A stretch of 61,726 nt of DNA, filler included, from Rhabdomonas costata (GCA_019059605.1; 25 parts of 25 records of this genome joined end to end with filler, not necessarily neighbours in it); one strand, 5' to 3'; shown: positions 12,343-25,334, numbered from the whole stretch's first letter. The notes: generated from the sequence alone by a model not told the origin. Made by a program: numbers and translations.

Positions 12343-14250
12343 GGGTTGCTCCAGCCTGCGCCTCAGAATGTCCAGCCCCAGCCCAGCGCCACCCTGCTGC
12401 TGATCCTCCTGCAGGGTGAACACCACCCTGGACATGGACTGGCCCTTCAAGGGGTACCGCCTGGAGAGCCTCTGAAACAAAAACCGCCCTTGACAGTTGA
12501 ACGTGGTGGCCTCGTCGCAGAGGAAGCAGTGATGGACCCGCGGACACAGGCTCATCAGCCGGCAGGCCAGGTTAACAGGCTCGCCCAGAATGTCAAAGGC
12601 CTTGCGGGTGTCCGAGCCCACAATGCCACAGAAGGCATCCCCAGTGGTCACGCCTGAGATTGTGCGTGTGCGCGATTTCAGCATGCTTATCACTGTTAAG
12701 GCCCAGGTCTCCTCAAACGTACGATTCTTAGGAGCCACCCTCCCCTCCCAGTGTGGTTCATTGACATTGGAGCGCTATGTTCAGTACACCCGAGTCCAGC
12801 GGGAACAGTTCTGGAAATGCTGTACACCGGCCCAAGCCATGTGGAACCATGTTCCACATGTGGAACATGTGGAACAGCTTTCTGAACGCCGCCACCACGA
12901 CGCCCAACTCCTTGAGCGATGATAGTAAAAGGTCAAGATCAGCTTGACCCAACCACAACGATCTGCAACAGAGTTGCGCTCGACGACTTTTGGGGGCTAT
13001 TTTTGGGCCTTTCTGAAGCCTTTCTGGCCCTGGAAGGCCTGTTAAAGCCCCTTTTGGCCCTTTTCAGGCCTTCTTGCTGAGCCTAAGTTTTTGACCGGAC
13101 CTTCTTAGCATATCTATTGGTGTGGCCCAAGACAACTGCTTATGCGCTGGTCTGAAAATCAGATGTCTTGTCACTACCCGTTTAAGCTACTGAGTCCATT
13201 CGGTGTTTTGGGTGTTGACACGGACAATAACTTCAGGAACTTCGTCAGTGGCATTGGAAACCCAGAAGTACGCAGGCACTTCCATTTTCCAAAGAAGAGT
13301 TTCGTTTGAGAACAAGCAGAGGAAGATTGCAGAGGCGGGGGAAGAAGCCGGAGAAAAAACACCAATCTGGCACTGCAAGGCGGAGTTAATGCGAGGGCTC
13401 GCAAGCATCTCCATCGCCGCGGTGACGGCGGGGATGGAAGGCTGCTCCGTGGCTTGCAGCCCAAACACAGCCACAACATGGAGGCCCTTGTCATCCTGAA
13501 TGACTTGCAGGACCTCTCCATCGTTCCGGAACACAATCTGTGCAAGTAGAGATAGGCAAAAGGCTGAGCCCTGGCGTGGACAACAACCACACACGTTGCC
13601 GTACGCAAGCTCCTTCCTTTGGCCTCTGACTGTAATACTATTGATCTTCGCCCAATCACTCTGCATTGATACCGGTCATTTACAATGAATAGAAGAAGCC
13701 ATGTCTCGTCAACTCACCGAGGTGATAAGATAAAACAAACGACTGCAGCGCGGGCTCGACAAATCATAGATCGAAAGCCAAGCTTGTCGCGCTGTGCTGC
13801 CGCACGGTCTGAGTGAGACCTCAATGTGCTGAAACCGCACCCTTTGCGGATCATCCTCACTTTCTGAGGTTACCGATTAAAAATACGAAGCATCCTGCCG
13901 TTCAGAGTAATAATGCAAGTTGTGATGTGATGGATGGCGACAATCGGTCAGGGAGCGAAAACCGAAAAAAGAGGTCCGCCGACATACCTCAAGCGCTGCT
14001 ATTACGAAGTGGTTCACGACCTGTACGTCACTACACTTCAGCGAACTCTGCCCCAAGAACAACACCGAGACGAACCTGAGCGGCAACAGCACAGCGGAAA
14101 TCGATGCTCCCAAAACGCAAGGAACACAACCGCATTCACACTGTGCACACACCGCTGCAGTGCCAAAGCGGAGCGCCCGTTGCAGACGTGGTCGTGCAGC
14201 ACCGCCGGGAGATACTCCTGCAGCTCTCTGTGCTGCGCGACGCTCCACCT
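12343..14250 (-). CDS. ADCY10-like: Class III adenylyl cyclase of the soluble sAC/ADCY10 type (second catalytic domain), partial; exons 14250-14153, 14075-13988, 13537-13363, 12653-~12343; possible further exon ~14510-14700
   Basis: QRFVSVLF...GEVLQVIQDDKGLHVVAVFGL...CQIGVTTGDAFCGIVGSDTRKAFDILGEPVNLACRLM; DDKG and G-x-x-VNLA-x-RLM are sAC hallmarks. Confidence 0.88.
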
Positions 14251-14834
14251 CTGCGCACAACCCCACACACAAAATCGAATGTCGTACTGGTGACGATGGA
14301 GATGCCTTACGTCGATTTCACCCCAGAACGTTGAAGTTGAGAACAGGCGATTGTACATCTATCTATATTTAAGGGCTGCCAGGAGCAGCAGCAGAAAAAA
14401 CAAGAAAAGAAAATATTTTCGACTCTAGGAAGGATTCCCGCAAACACGTCCACACGTGTTTATATAAAGTACGTTTTCCCTGCGGTCCAGCTAGGAAAAA
14501 CTTGCCGTCACACACCGCTTAGCAGGCTGTCTGGCAGGTAATTTCCTTGGCAACTGAATTGATAGACGATGGCTTCTTTGGAGAACCACTCCACGCATCT
14601 TTTCTCCCCAACATGAGAGACTCCAGGCCTGCTTCTGTTTAGCTCTCTCCAGTGAAGGGTTTCTGTAACACCCAAAAACACCTTAGAGGGAGCAATAACC
14701 ACACCAACNNNNNNNNNNNNNNNNNNNNNNNNNNNNNNNNNNNNNNNNNNNNTTAATTAATTAANNNNNNNNNNNNNNNNNNNNNNNNNNNNNNNNNNNN
14801 NNNNNNNNTGTGGTGGTTTTCCCTTTCCCCGCAG

Positions 14835-15453
14835 CGGCTGGAGCTTCCAGAGGAGCGGCGTCTCCACGCGGCCTTCCTGTCGGCGGGCCGCGACGTGTTC
14901 GATGAGTGGGCCTCGACGGCTGCCGACTTCTCGGATGCCTTGGAGGTGTCTAGCAGCAAGGGCTAGTTAGTCGCTGGGATGGTAGGGTCTTCTTCCTCAT
15001 ATATGGCTCAGGATCATCGCTCACATTGCAAAGTTATAAACCAACAAGTTGGAAAACATTTCGGGTTGAAGAGCGGCGGTGCCTGATAATGTTGCTGCTG
15101 CGGAGAATATCAGTTTGTAAAGCCCGCAGTATCCAAGGGAGTAGTTGTGAACCTTTGCATTTGCCTTTTAGTTCTTCACCCTGAAGCCCTTCATTCCAAA
15201 AACAGATTGTCTCCAGGATCACGGAATGGCTGACCAACCACATCAAGGTCCACGACCGCCCCGCGATCCGGGCCTGCGTGGTTCCTGCCGACATCTCTGT
15301 TGTGGCCCCAAACAGGCTGATCTCCGCGGTGTCCTCGCTGCCCTCGGAGTTTGAGGCACCCCGTCCTTTCCCTGAGGCACCTACTCTCCCCCCCCCCTTG
15401 CGTGGGGCCTTCGTGCATTCCTTCCATAAATTTAGGTTGGAATTCATTCCGTA
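14835..15453 (+). CDS. Hemerythrin-like domain (C-terminal half), partial; exons 14835-14945 and 15206-~15453
   Basis: LPEERRLHAAFL...DALE|IVSRITEWLTNHIKVHD carries the hemerythrin WLxxHIxxxD motif; phase-0 GT-AG intron. Confidence 0.7.
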
Positions 15454-15719
15454 AGTATGAAAACAATAGTGCCAATGCAAGCGGCACGCTGACCAGTACC
15501 ATACTGCGGTCATGGCATCCACTTGTTGGGATTCGACGTTGATGTTCTTTTAGAGCACTGGAATCTATTTTTGTCATTCCAAAATAACCCAAACGGCCTG
15601 TCTCGTAAAATTCGTTTTTGGTTTTAGTTTTTTCCCTGACTGTCCTTTCTGTAACAATAAAGCCTGAGAAGTATGGCTTCACCCTGTTCCGTCTCCTCGC
15701 CGCAGAGTAGTCCCAGCCT

Positions 15720-17176
15720 TCCTCACGCTGTGCGCCCCACGTCCCACACCGAAACGGAGCTGGAGGTGGAGCCGGGGGTGAACCACGTCGGGCCGGAGCA
15801 GAAGTAGGCCACAACCGAGGGAACCCTCAGCAGTGCCAGCTGGAATACGCACCCCACTAACGCCCAAACACAGACAGGCATTGCAAGAGGTGAGAGGAAC
15901 AAAGGAATATCCCTGTGGAAAATGGAGTTGATCCCGTCCCATGGCGATCAAGTGGCAGCAGCTTAGCGGACAGACCACCGGACATCGCAAAAACACAGCA
16001 GACGAAAGTCTCTCACCCATGCACCAAAAACCATTGCGACGCGGGAGTTTACTCTAAAAACGCGATCAAGAAAAAGGACGCAACCCCTATTCAGGTGGGT
16101 TCAGCAGTTGATAAATCGTTGGTGGAGCGAATGCGGGCTGGTTGAAAACTCAAGCCCGCCACAGCGCAAAACACCGCTAGATCAGCACAAAAAGACCAGC
16201 CTCATCTAGCGAAGGGAAACGTTCCGCGCGAGCGCGCACGCCCATGCCCGCACGCTCACGCGCACATTGCGCACCATCTGAAGGGTCACCAATGGCACTA
16301 GAAGAGTGAGGGGCAGCAGAATCTCTGTCACCCTTGAGTCCCGCCCCAAGCCCAACGCCACGGCAACATTGACCAGCATCACCACTATGGTAACTGTGCT
16401 TCTCACCAGCTCTGAGGCGGAAGAAAAAAACCGCGCAGCAAATCGTGCGCTGCAGAAAACATAGGAAAAAGGCACCCTCCCATCTTTAACGTTCAAAGCA
16501 CCGAAAGCACTCTTGCTGTGCTCCTTCTTCAAGGGGTCCGGGGAGGGTACACGGGTTTGGTGTGATTCCACATCAAGTTTCTGAAAGGGGGCTTGATGGA
16601 GCTGGAGGTCCCTGTGCTCACAGGGAACATGGTGCACATGCATGCCCGTGAAATGCCCGTCATGTCTTGGGCCCATCCGCTGCGATGAGCCCATTTGAAT
16701 CCAACCTGCGGGAGTGCCTGCCCTGAGCGTCTGAGCTTTGATGGCAAAACCACCTGGAGATTGAATCCAGTGAATGCAGGCACCCCATGGATCATCAAAA
16801 GCATCAGACAGCACACTTAATCCCCGATAAAGGCAAGCAGGCCTTCATCGGGCTTCTTGCATCTCTTCCACAAGCCCACACAACCAATTTCGAAATAAAC
16901 AAAACCATATCCAAGGCAGCAGGTATGTCGGTAAGGTAAGCACACAACTCATAACCTAATCTCAGGTTTGTAAAACATAAATGATGCAAAACCATCAAGA
17001 CTCCTTGCCCAACCTGAGTGGTTCCCGGGAGGTCTCAGTAGCACTGTGGCGGAGAGAAGCATTGCCGAACCACAGCCCACTGCGATCAAAAAGGCACCCG
17101 TCCGCCAGCCCTCCCGCCGCGCCCAGCCCACGGACAGGGCGGCCCTCCACACCACAACCCCAAACACACCCACCAC
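15720..17176 (-). CDS. Multi-pass membrane protein of unknown family, partial; exons approx 17176-17015, 16410-16265, 15857-15722
   Basis: Several hydrophobic segments (AFLIAVGCGSAMLLSATVLL; TVTIVVMLVNVAVALGL; ILLPLTLLVPLVTL) in GC-rich blocks bounded by AG/GT; boundaries approximate. Confidence 0.5.
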
Positions 17177-17509
17177 NNNNNNNNNNNNNNNNNNNNNNNN
17201 NNNNNNNNNNNNNNNNNNNNTTAATTAATTAANNNNNNNNNNNNNNNNNNNNNNNNNNNNNNNNNNNNNNNNNNNNTGGTTGGTGGTCAGAGACGAAAGT
17301 AAAAAAAGGAGGAAGGTGAATGTGAAACCGTGGGTGCTGATGTGTGCCGCAACAGCCACACACATGTACACAGACACACACAGTCCGTTTGTGCCGTTTC
17401 CAATTTCCCACAAGGAAGAGATACATACAGCTTCGAATTTCGCAGAGACAGCGCTCGATGCGCTCGACCTACTGCCCCTAGACACCCCATCCACCACCAC
17501 CACCACCAA

Positions 17510-17820
17510 ACTGCGTCCTGAGCAGAGGGTCCACCTTCGGCATTCAGACGGGTGCGAATCTTGTCGGGAAAGGTGCTGCGGAACACCACGGCCTTTGCTG
17601 CGGCGTCCCAACGGTACCACCCTGCGACGTGGTTGTCCACAAATACCACGGACTCCGCGATTGACACGGGAAGCGGCAGCGGGCGCCCCGAGAGCCCACA
17701 CGGCCTCAGGACGTTTGCGTAGAGCTGCAGCAGGCCATCCTCCTGCAATGGGTGCACAGGGGGTGGCCGGACTTTCGGCGCGCTCGTCGTGCGCACGGGG
17801 AACTCAAGCAGGGACTTGGG
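17510..17820 (-). CDS. Exon of unknown protein
   Basis: GC-rich open frame PLQEDGLLQLYANVLRPCGLSGRPLPLPVSIAESVVFVDNHVAGWYRWDAAAKAVVF; no family recognised. Confidence 0.4.
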
Positions 17821-19876
17821 GCTTCCGGCGCCAATCATCTCCGCTTCGGTTTCAACAAGCTGCTGCTTGCGTCTGATAAGAATGAAAAGAGACAGTGAAT
17901 GTCTGTGCACAGTGAATGCCTGAGCTGAAAGTGCTGAAGAAGGCGAGGCCAGAGCTGAAGCGGAGCTTGAACCTGTAACGAAACTGAGCAGCAACCCTTC
18001 CACATTAGGCTTTTAAAACATGCCATTAATTGGACCACTAACGCCCTTTTTTAACGCCTTCGGCACTGATTGCATGGGATGAGGTGGCGCTGGCAAAACT
18101 AAGGGGGAAACCCCTTATGTGAAATGCGCTGCTCTTCGCGTGCGTTAGCCTTTGTGAGACAGCAGTCGAAAAAGGGAAGCTGGTGGGCAAATGCTTGTGA
18201 AGGGGGGGCACCTACCACCAAAGGTCACAGAGCCCAACAGAAGCTGGGCCGGGCTCTCAAACGGCAGGAGAAAAATACAACCACGGGCACAAGAAAAACA
18301 CAAGATAACGGAAAGCGAAATAACATGCAACAAGAATGAAAGCAGCGCCTGGGGAGGGGGGAGACCGGAAAGTCACGGACTTCATAGCGATGATGATGAT
18401 GCTGTGGCCACGCGAAAATGATAAGCTTGGGACGGTGGAAGACAAAAAAGCGCGCAATTTCTTTATTTTGCCTTTGAAGTTGGCACCGCGCGTTGCGCTG
18501 GCAACAATTCAGGGATGTTTATGGATTGTATGCCCCCCCCCCTTCCTCCTCAAGGTTCTGTTTGTTTGCAATTGTTTGCGTTGTGGTTTTTTTCGGAAAT
18601 AATACACAATGCCACTTTCCTAATGATCACTGTTGAGCGAATGACGGAAAACTGGGCAAGACTACTGCAATTACTTATCTTCAATGTTCTCCACTTTAGA
18701 ACTTCTGACCAACTTAAACTTTTTGACAGCACTCACACTATATGCGCATTACCCTCCTTCCCCCACTTCCCATTCTTACAAAAAAAAAAGGAAAAACAAC
18801 GCAATACAACGCACGGGGCACAGAAAACGTCAGGGCATGGTCCACAAAACAGTGGAGGATCAGTGGGATCCCGTCTCCTGAAAGTCACTCACGTGGGGGG
18901 TTGGCTGGAGACCCTGTGTGACCACAAGTTCGCGACCTTTAAGTGAAGCAAGTGGCGTCCCCACCGAACCTCAGAGCATCCCGGCGTTGACGGCGATGGC
19001 GGTGGTAGGGCTTCACTGCTGAGCGGAAGTCCTGACAGGCTACAACAGCAGAGACAGGGCCCCGCTAGTGAGGGGTGGCGGCGATGCAGAAGAAACATGC
19101 AAGCATGTAATATTTCTTTTATGGCAAATGCCTATGTATGAGAGCCTTCGGTTACATCGCATACTCGGTCATCATGTGATGCATGAACGTTCAACAATGC
19201 AGCGACTGTAAAGCCACAAAGGCTATTGGTTACCTGCACAAAGTAGAAGGTTCATCCTTTTGCGATGCTATCATCATATTGCTTGAAGGATGCAATGCTA
19301 GCACCGTGGTGGTTTTAGGTTGTTATAATTCTGAGGTGCTGCCCGTTTGATGCTCTGCGTCGGCCACGTGCTTACTGTGCCCTCGGGTGGGAAAAGGCTG
19401 AGACAAAGCTCGTGGCCCCAAGCTGCGCGGAAGCACAGCGTGAATGGCGCATTGGGCAATCAACACGAGCTCCTGCACCCCTTGGAGAACCAAGCGCAAC
19501 TCCGGACGCTCGGCCTGTTCATGAAGACACAAGAACTCCAAAACGAACCCCTGCAATACAACTGCATAGAGAATTACACTTCAAAGGGCAGAAGGATATA
19601 AGACAGTAACATCTGTTTGTAAAATGCAGAACGAGGCAAAAANNNNNNNNNNNNNNNNNNNNNNNNNNNNNNNNNNNNNNNNNNNNTTAATTAATTAANN
19701 NNNNNNNNNNNNNNNNNNNNNNNNNNNNNNNNNNNNNNNNNNAAGAGTCTCGGCAGATTCTGGTGGTTTGCTGCGGTTTTCCTGTGTGCGTTATGCTTGA
19801 TGAGGCTTCCTGTGTTCGTCCGTCAATTCACTGCATTCGCCTTTGTGGGAGAGCCACTTTCTGCCTTACTCTACAG

Positions 19877-20329
19877 GCTGGCTCGTCTGAAGGCTGTGGA
19901 TGATGAGAAGTTCCGCCGTGCCGAGGCCAAAAACGACCTCCACGCTCTCGTGCTGCACACCAAGTATGACGGCTTCGTGGACAACGAAGAGCTCAGGGTG
20001 TGCCTCTCTCCTGTGTTTGCGCTGCTCGCTCACTCTCTAAGGGGGGGCACCAAGGAAGCCGCGTAGCGGTAGCGATATCAGATTGCAGGGCGGAGACGAG
20101 AAACAGCAAGAAGCCGCACCCGATGATGGGATCGATCAGAATCGTGTGAGCTGCAACTGTGTAGCTTGCCCAGTTCCTGGAATAAAGAGTGCAACAGAAA
20201 ATGACGCTGCTGAAGTTAAGGGGGGGACTGCTATGTTTACTTCATCAATGTGTCTGCAGGCCTTCGCTACCGAACAGCAGACAGAACAGATCAAGAAGCT
20301 ACTGGAGGAGCTCGAGGAGTGGCTAGACG

Positions 20330-20373
<44 letters not shown>

Positions 20374-21470
20374 ATGCGCGCGCGCGCCTGTCCAAGTTAC
20401 CAACAACAACACCAAAGGCAGGGCAGGCATCGCGAATGATTCTGCTCTACGCGACGAGCTGCGTCCGGACTTTAGTTTAGTTACACAAACCAGACTGGAA
20501 GCCCCAGTGGCCACAAAGCTCTATGCTGCTGAAGAGATCATGTAGTGGCTTTGAAGTTGGAATTTTGAACCCGCTTTCGAGTTGTCGATGATATTACATG
20601 TTTGATCCAATGCTTTTCCCTGTGTTATGGGCCCTTTACAGTTTTCGAAAGGGTTGGGTCGGTCGACTTTCTTTGTCACTTCATAGAGCTCGGACGACGC
20701 CACAGTAAAGGACTTCAAGCAGCAGCAGAAACGGCTGACAACTTTGCTGGATCCCATTGCAAAGCTCTACGAGGATTCAAAGGTACTCTTTTCGCCATGG
20801 CCCTTCTCTGCTCAGCTTTTGTCAGAGCAAATGGGTTGGACTGTTGGACTGTGGTTGTTGAAGGATCGAAGCCAAATTATAATCAGTGTGCTTGCAGCCC
20901 GCAAGCTGCGAAGTGCTGGCTTCAGAGATGCCATCCCGTTTGGAAAGACGCCAGAGCTGCTGATGCAATGATGGGGAAAAGTTGAGAAAGGCAATGCAGT
21001 GGTAATGTTTGTGCATATTGTTTTTGTACTCGCCACCACCCAGCGATTGTCTCCATTTGTTTTTAGAAACCTTTTGGGAAGTATGCCGCGGATAATGACT
21101 CCTCCAACGCTACCGATGAGGCGAAGCCTGAAGGTGACCCCGTTTTGCTCCATTTCGGGAACTCATTTTTTTTGGCCCTCTTCTGTTGGGTAGGTTGTCA
21201 TTCTGATTCTGGGGTGGTTGAGCTTGCTTTGACTAGAACATCAGAGCACCACTGTCCAGTAATAGGTCAGAGATCGGGCTTGAGTTCCAACTTTCTGGGT
21301 TCAGGCTGCGCTGTTCTTTTTCATCAGCGACAACACCAGACTTCATGGATAAGGGCGACAACGATGATGATGACGAAGGAGACGGAGAATCGGCTGATGG
21401 TGAGCAGAACTTGGGGGAGCCAGGTCCCTCTGACTCCTCCGAGCAGGAGTTCAGGCACGGAGACCTGTGA
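19877..21470 (+). CDS. HYOU1: Grp170/HYOU1 (ER Hsp110-type chaperone) C-terminal region; exons 19877-19997, 20260-20331, 20687-20782, 21067-21133, 21328-21470
   Basis: DDEKFRRAEAKNDL...LEELEEWLDESSDDATVKDFKQQQKRLTTLLDPI, an acidic tail, and the ending EFRHGDL-stop; all introns GT-AG in phase. Confidence 0.82.
20332..20370 (+). repeat. (GT)n microsatellite forming the 5' end of an intron; other (GT/CA)n tracts at ~11079, 21766-21811, 29594-29618, 37272-37312, 51864-51886
   Basis: Directly visible dinucleotide runs. Confidence 0.95.
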
Positions 21471-21764
21471 GGCAGCAGGGCCTGTGCTGTTAGCGCTGGC
21501 TTCCGAGGCCTCCGCCAACAACTGGTTAGAGGGTTCTTGCGGAATACATTTTGTAGCAAGACTGGTGGACTGTGCGCGAGTGCGCGAGTGTGCTCTGTTT
21601 CTACCTTGCCCGTTGTGTGCCCCCCTTCCTAGCTCACGTTTGGAGTCACGATTCGTGAATCCAACGGAGGTCGGGTGCTCGTTCTTGTGCTGCTGACGCG
21701 TCACTTGAGAGGAAGAAGTGAGTTCTTTTGCATTTCACGAGAAGGTCAACTTCGAGTAAGCAAT

Positions 21765-21814
<50 letters not shown>

Positions 21815-23847
21815 CGGGGCAAATTGGATATAGATATGTATTTTCGGTTCACTTCATAATTAGTGCTGAATTGACCAGCTTGTGCCTGGGATTTGGGCGG
21901 ACGACTGGGACAGCATAAAGGCAATCAATTACTTAAAGGTCAGGCCGCACTTCCGCACTCTTTTCTAGCACCCCCCCCCCCTCACTCGCCCCTGCCTTGC
22001 GACCAGAAGGGGACTGGAGAAATGAGGGCATCCTTTTATCTTCCTTTTTTTTTTGCTCTGCGTGGAGACGTCTGTCCAGTCTCGCTTTCTATATTGAACA
22101 TTTCCTTTTTTCGATAAAAAACGTAATAAACATTTAGGCCAATCTCACACTTGAGAAAGTTTAAGCCAAAAGAATAGCATAAAAATACCATTGTCCGCAG
22201 CGGCACAAAGCACCAACCNNNNNNNNNNNNNNNNNNNNNNNNNNNNNNNNNNNNNNNNNNNNTTAATTAATTAANNNNNNNNNNNNNNNNNNNNNNNNNN
22301 NNNNNNNNNNNNNNNNNNGTGGTGGTGTGTTTGGTGTTTTTGTTAAATGGCCCCCCTTTTTCTTAGCAACGCAAAATTTATGGCGAAGTTATAAAATTTC
22401 AAAATTTTTTATGGAGGTGATGTAAGACTTTTACAAAATCGAACACAACAAATAACTTTATTTGCGCATTTTTGCGAAGCTGTGAACTGCGAGATGGCGT
22501 CAGTTTTGTAGGTCCGGTGTGTGCCTGTGTGTGTGTTACGCGGTTCACTGTTTGTTCACTAGTTCACTGCAGTCTCCGAAAGGAGTACCCGAGTTGACTT
22601 TGCTTGATCTCGCAGAGGGTTAGGGGAGGTGCACGGGCCCACACATTTTTTTCGCAGTGCTGTAATTTTTCATTTTTCAATTTTGGAATTTTTAGAAGCG
22701 ACGCTATAAATTCCATGAATTTTTAACGCGTCGCCTTTTTTGTTTGTGAAAATCGTGTAAAACAAACCAACCAAACCTGTAGCTGAACCCTTGATGATAC
22801 AAACCAATAATGAGAACGGTCGGGTGGACGAAACGAAACGTGGATCTCACATGGATCTCAAGAGACCTGGAGCTGAATGTAGTAAAACAGCCCTGGCCAA
22901 CAGCAAAAAAACGTGGCATACTGGTTGCGCCGAGTGCAGGAAGCTGAGGACTGAAATACCACAATAAAAGCAAATGTGACTTGGAGAGCCAACGGTCCCC
23001 CAGAAGGAAAGGCGAACAAAATTCGTTCATTCTAACGCAGAAAAATGTCCAGCGCGAAACAAATGAAGGAAGAGAAAGCTGACAATACAAGCGCAGAAAT
23101 GATGGACAAAGTGAAAGAACGAGAGGTGCTCTGCTGGGTATTTTTGAACCCCGTTTTCAACGGTTCGAATAAAACCACCATTTCCGTGCCTAATAAGGAA
23201 ATTATGGTGTGGGATTATGCCCCTCTCCCCAAGAAAAAACAGTGAAGGTATCAAGAAGTGGTACCATCCAACATCACACTTCCTCGCTCAACTGGCACAA
23301 ATTCAAATCATTTATTCCAGAGAACCGAGATGACCAGTTCGTCTTGGTCATTGTGCAGACCTCTCGGAGCACCCTGCCAACATAAGCAAAACTACGGCAC
23401 ATTTTTCAGTGAGTTGCAGCCCTTGAACAGCCCTTGAACAGCGGATCAAAAAACGCAATAAGGACTTTTCCTTTGGTGCAGATGAAGGCTATCTTTGCAT
23501 CGGCTCTTTGTCACTTCCCAACCCATGCTTGTTGTTTGTTTTCTATTAATCCAGAATTTTTCACTGTTTTTCCTCAATAAAAGGGCGAAAAATTTCATAC
23601 TGTTTCAAGACTTAGTGATTTTTTCTGACCCGCGGAACAACGGTAAAACCGTGCAGCACATGAAACAGGATAAAATCAGAAAATAAATTTATTTTCCACA
23701 TTTTCCAGGTCATATCCTGCGTGATCTCACTGTTTGCTCACTCATTCAAAAGTGGGTTCAGAAGGGAATCAATTAGGACGTTACCAGTTTGAGTTTCTTG
23801 TTTTGGTTTATGCTTTAACTTGGGAGAATCGACAAAAGTCAAGCATC

Positions 23848-24531
23848 ATGTCTGACGAGCAAAATGTTGCGTCTTTTCATTCGAACACCTACACAAGAAG
23901 CGAGGGCAAGTCGACGCACTTGGCAAAGCAAGACCTGGCAACTTTGGATGTGGCCAAGCTTGACGCACTGACGCCGGAAGTCATCAGTCGGCAAGCTACA
24001 ATAAACATTGGTATTTTTTCTCTCAGTTTCTCTGTCTTCCGTGCAATGAAAAAGCATTGTGGGAACGACCTTGTTGGCTCATTCTTGTTTCTTTTTGTTG
24101 CAGGAACAATCGGTCACGTTGCCCATGGAAAGTCGACAGTGGTAAAGGCAATCTCCGGAGTAAAGGTTGGAGTTTATCCTCTTGCTCTGTTCTTCTCCGT
24201 GTCTTTTAAAAGCTGAATCATTTTGTTTCCCTCTTCCCACACAGACGGTCCGTTTCAAAAAAGAGCTCGTCAGCAACATCACTATCAAGCTGGGCTATGC
24301 GAATGCAAAGGTTCGCTTCAGGCGAGTCCGCTGCCCTGATGAGGGTTTTGTAGCAGAACTTTCGCTTTCAATCGCCTTCATTTGGAATACTTAAGAGTAA
24401 TTCTGCCCCCCCCCCCTGCAGATCTACTGTTGCGAAAGCATGCCGCGGCCTGACTGTTACTTTGCTGCTGGAAGCGGTACTCCGGACATTTGTCCACACC
24501 CCATTTCGGGGCAACCTTCCCGCCTTGTGAG
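23848..24531 (+). CDS. EIF2S3: Translation initiation factor eIF2 gamma, 5' part; exons 23848-24010, 24104-24165, 24245-24310, 24422-24531
   Basis: [59 protein letters not shown] is a near-invariant eIF2-gamma G-domain start. Confidence 0.97.
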
Positions 24532-25334
24532 GTGTGCGTGCCTTGTGTGACTTGTGTGACCTGTGTGACTTGGGGAGGTTTTTGGTTAGGTGTTTGCCTT
24601 CTTTGTCGCTTTGATACGTTTAGTTCGAAAGTTGTCGTTTTCGTCCTACCCCACTGGAATGAAATTGGAAGGGTGTTGAAATCTTTNNNNNNNNNNNNNN
24701 NNNNNNNNNNNNNNNNNNNNNNNNNNNNNNTTAATTAATTAANNNNNNNNNNNNNNNNNNNNNNNNNNNNNNNNNNNNNNNNNNNNGTGTGTGGGGCCCT
24801 TTCCGCTTCTGTGATCAGTAAAAATATGTCTTTTGTATATCACAGAAGCGGAAAGGGCCTCACAGATCTAAACAGGTGGAACGTACTCACCAACAAGATG
24901 TGACCCAATATCGCAAATATCGCTGATATCGGTACCGAGCTCGACCCAGTCATCCAGCCAGCCTCCTAAACATTTGGAGTCCCGGCTGGGACTCACTGAA
25001 GGTGAGCGACCACGACAAGAGCAACGTCTCTCCCATCTCCACCATTCTGCACCTGGCCGAACTTGGGCACCGGACCAGAGAGGAATTACGTCCTCCACAG
25101 TCGCTGGGAAAGAGACCAGTTGGGCCCCGTTGGTGCGTAGAACAGGAAACGGCACCTGCCGTTCGACGTGACCAGAAGGCATCGGAAGCAGACCGCAGTG
25201 GTGAACGCCGCAGCTCTGCACCACCTCTGCTCGACGTTCAATCCAAAATAACAGAGGGAAGTTCCTTCCGCTCACGGATCAGGCTGCATGTGGATGTTGG
25301 ATGTCCGTTTTCCTGCCAGATGCAGAAATACGGA

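Noticed and set aside
12758..12958. Intronic ORF ending NIALQCQ, echoing the cyclase exon end NSALQCQ
   Set aside because: The nucleotide sequences differ and similarity is limited to five residues; no support for a duplicated exon.
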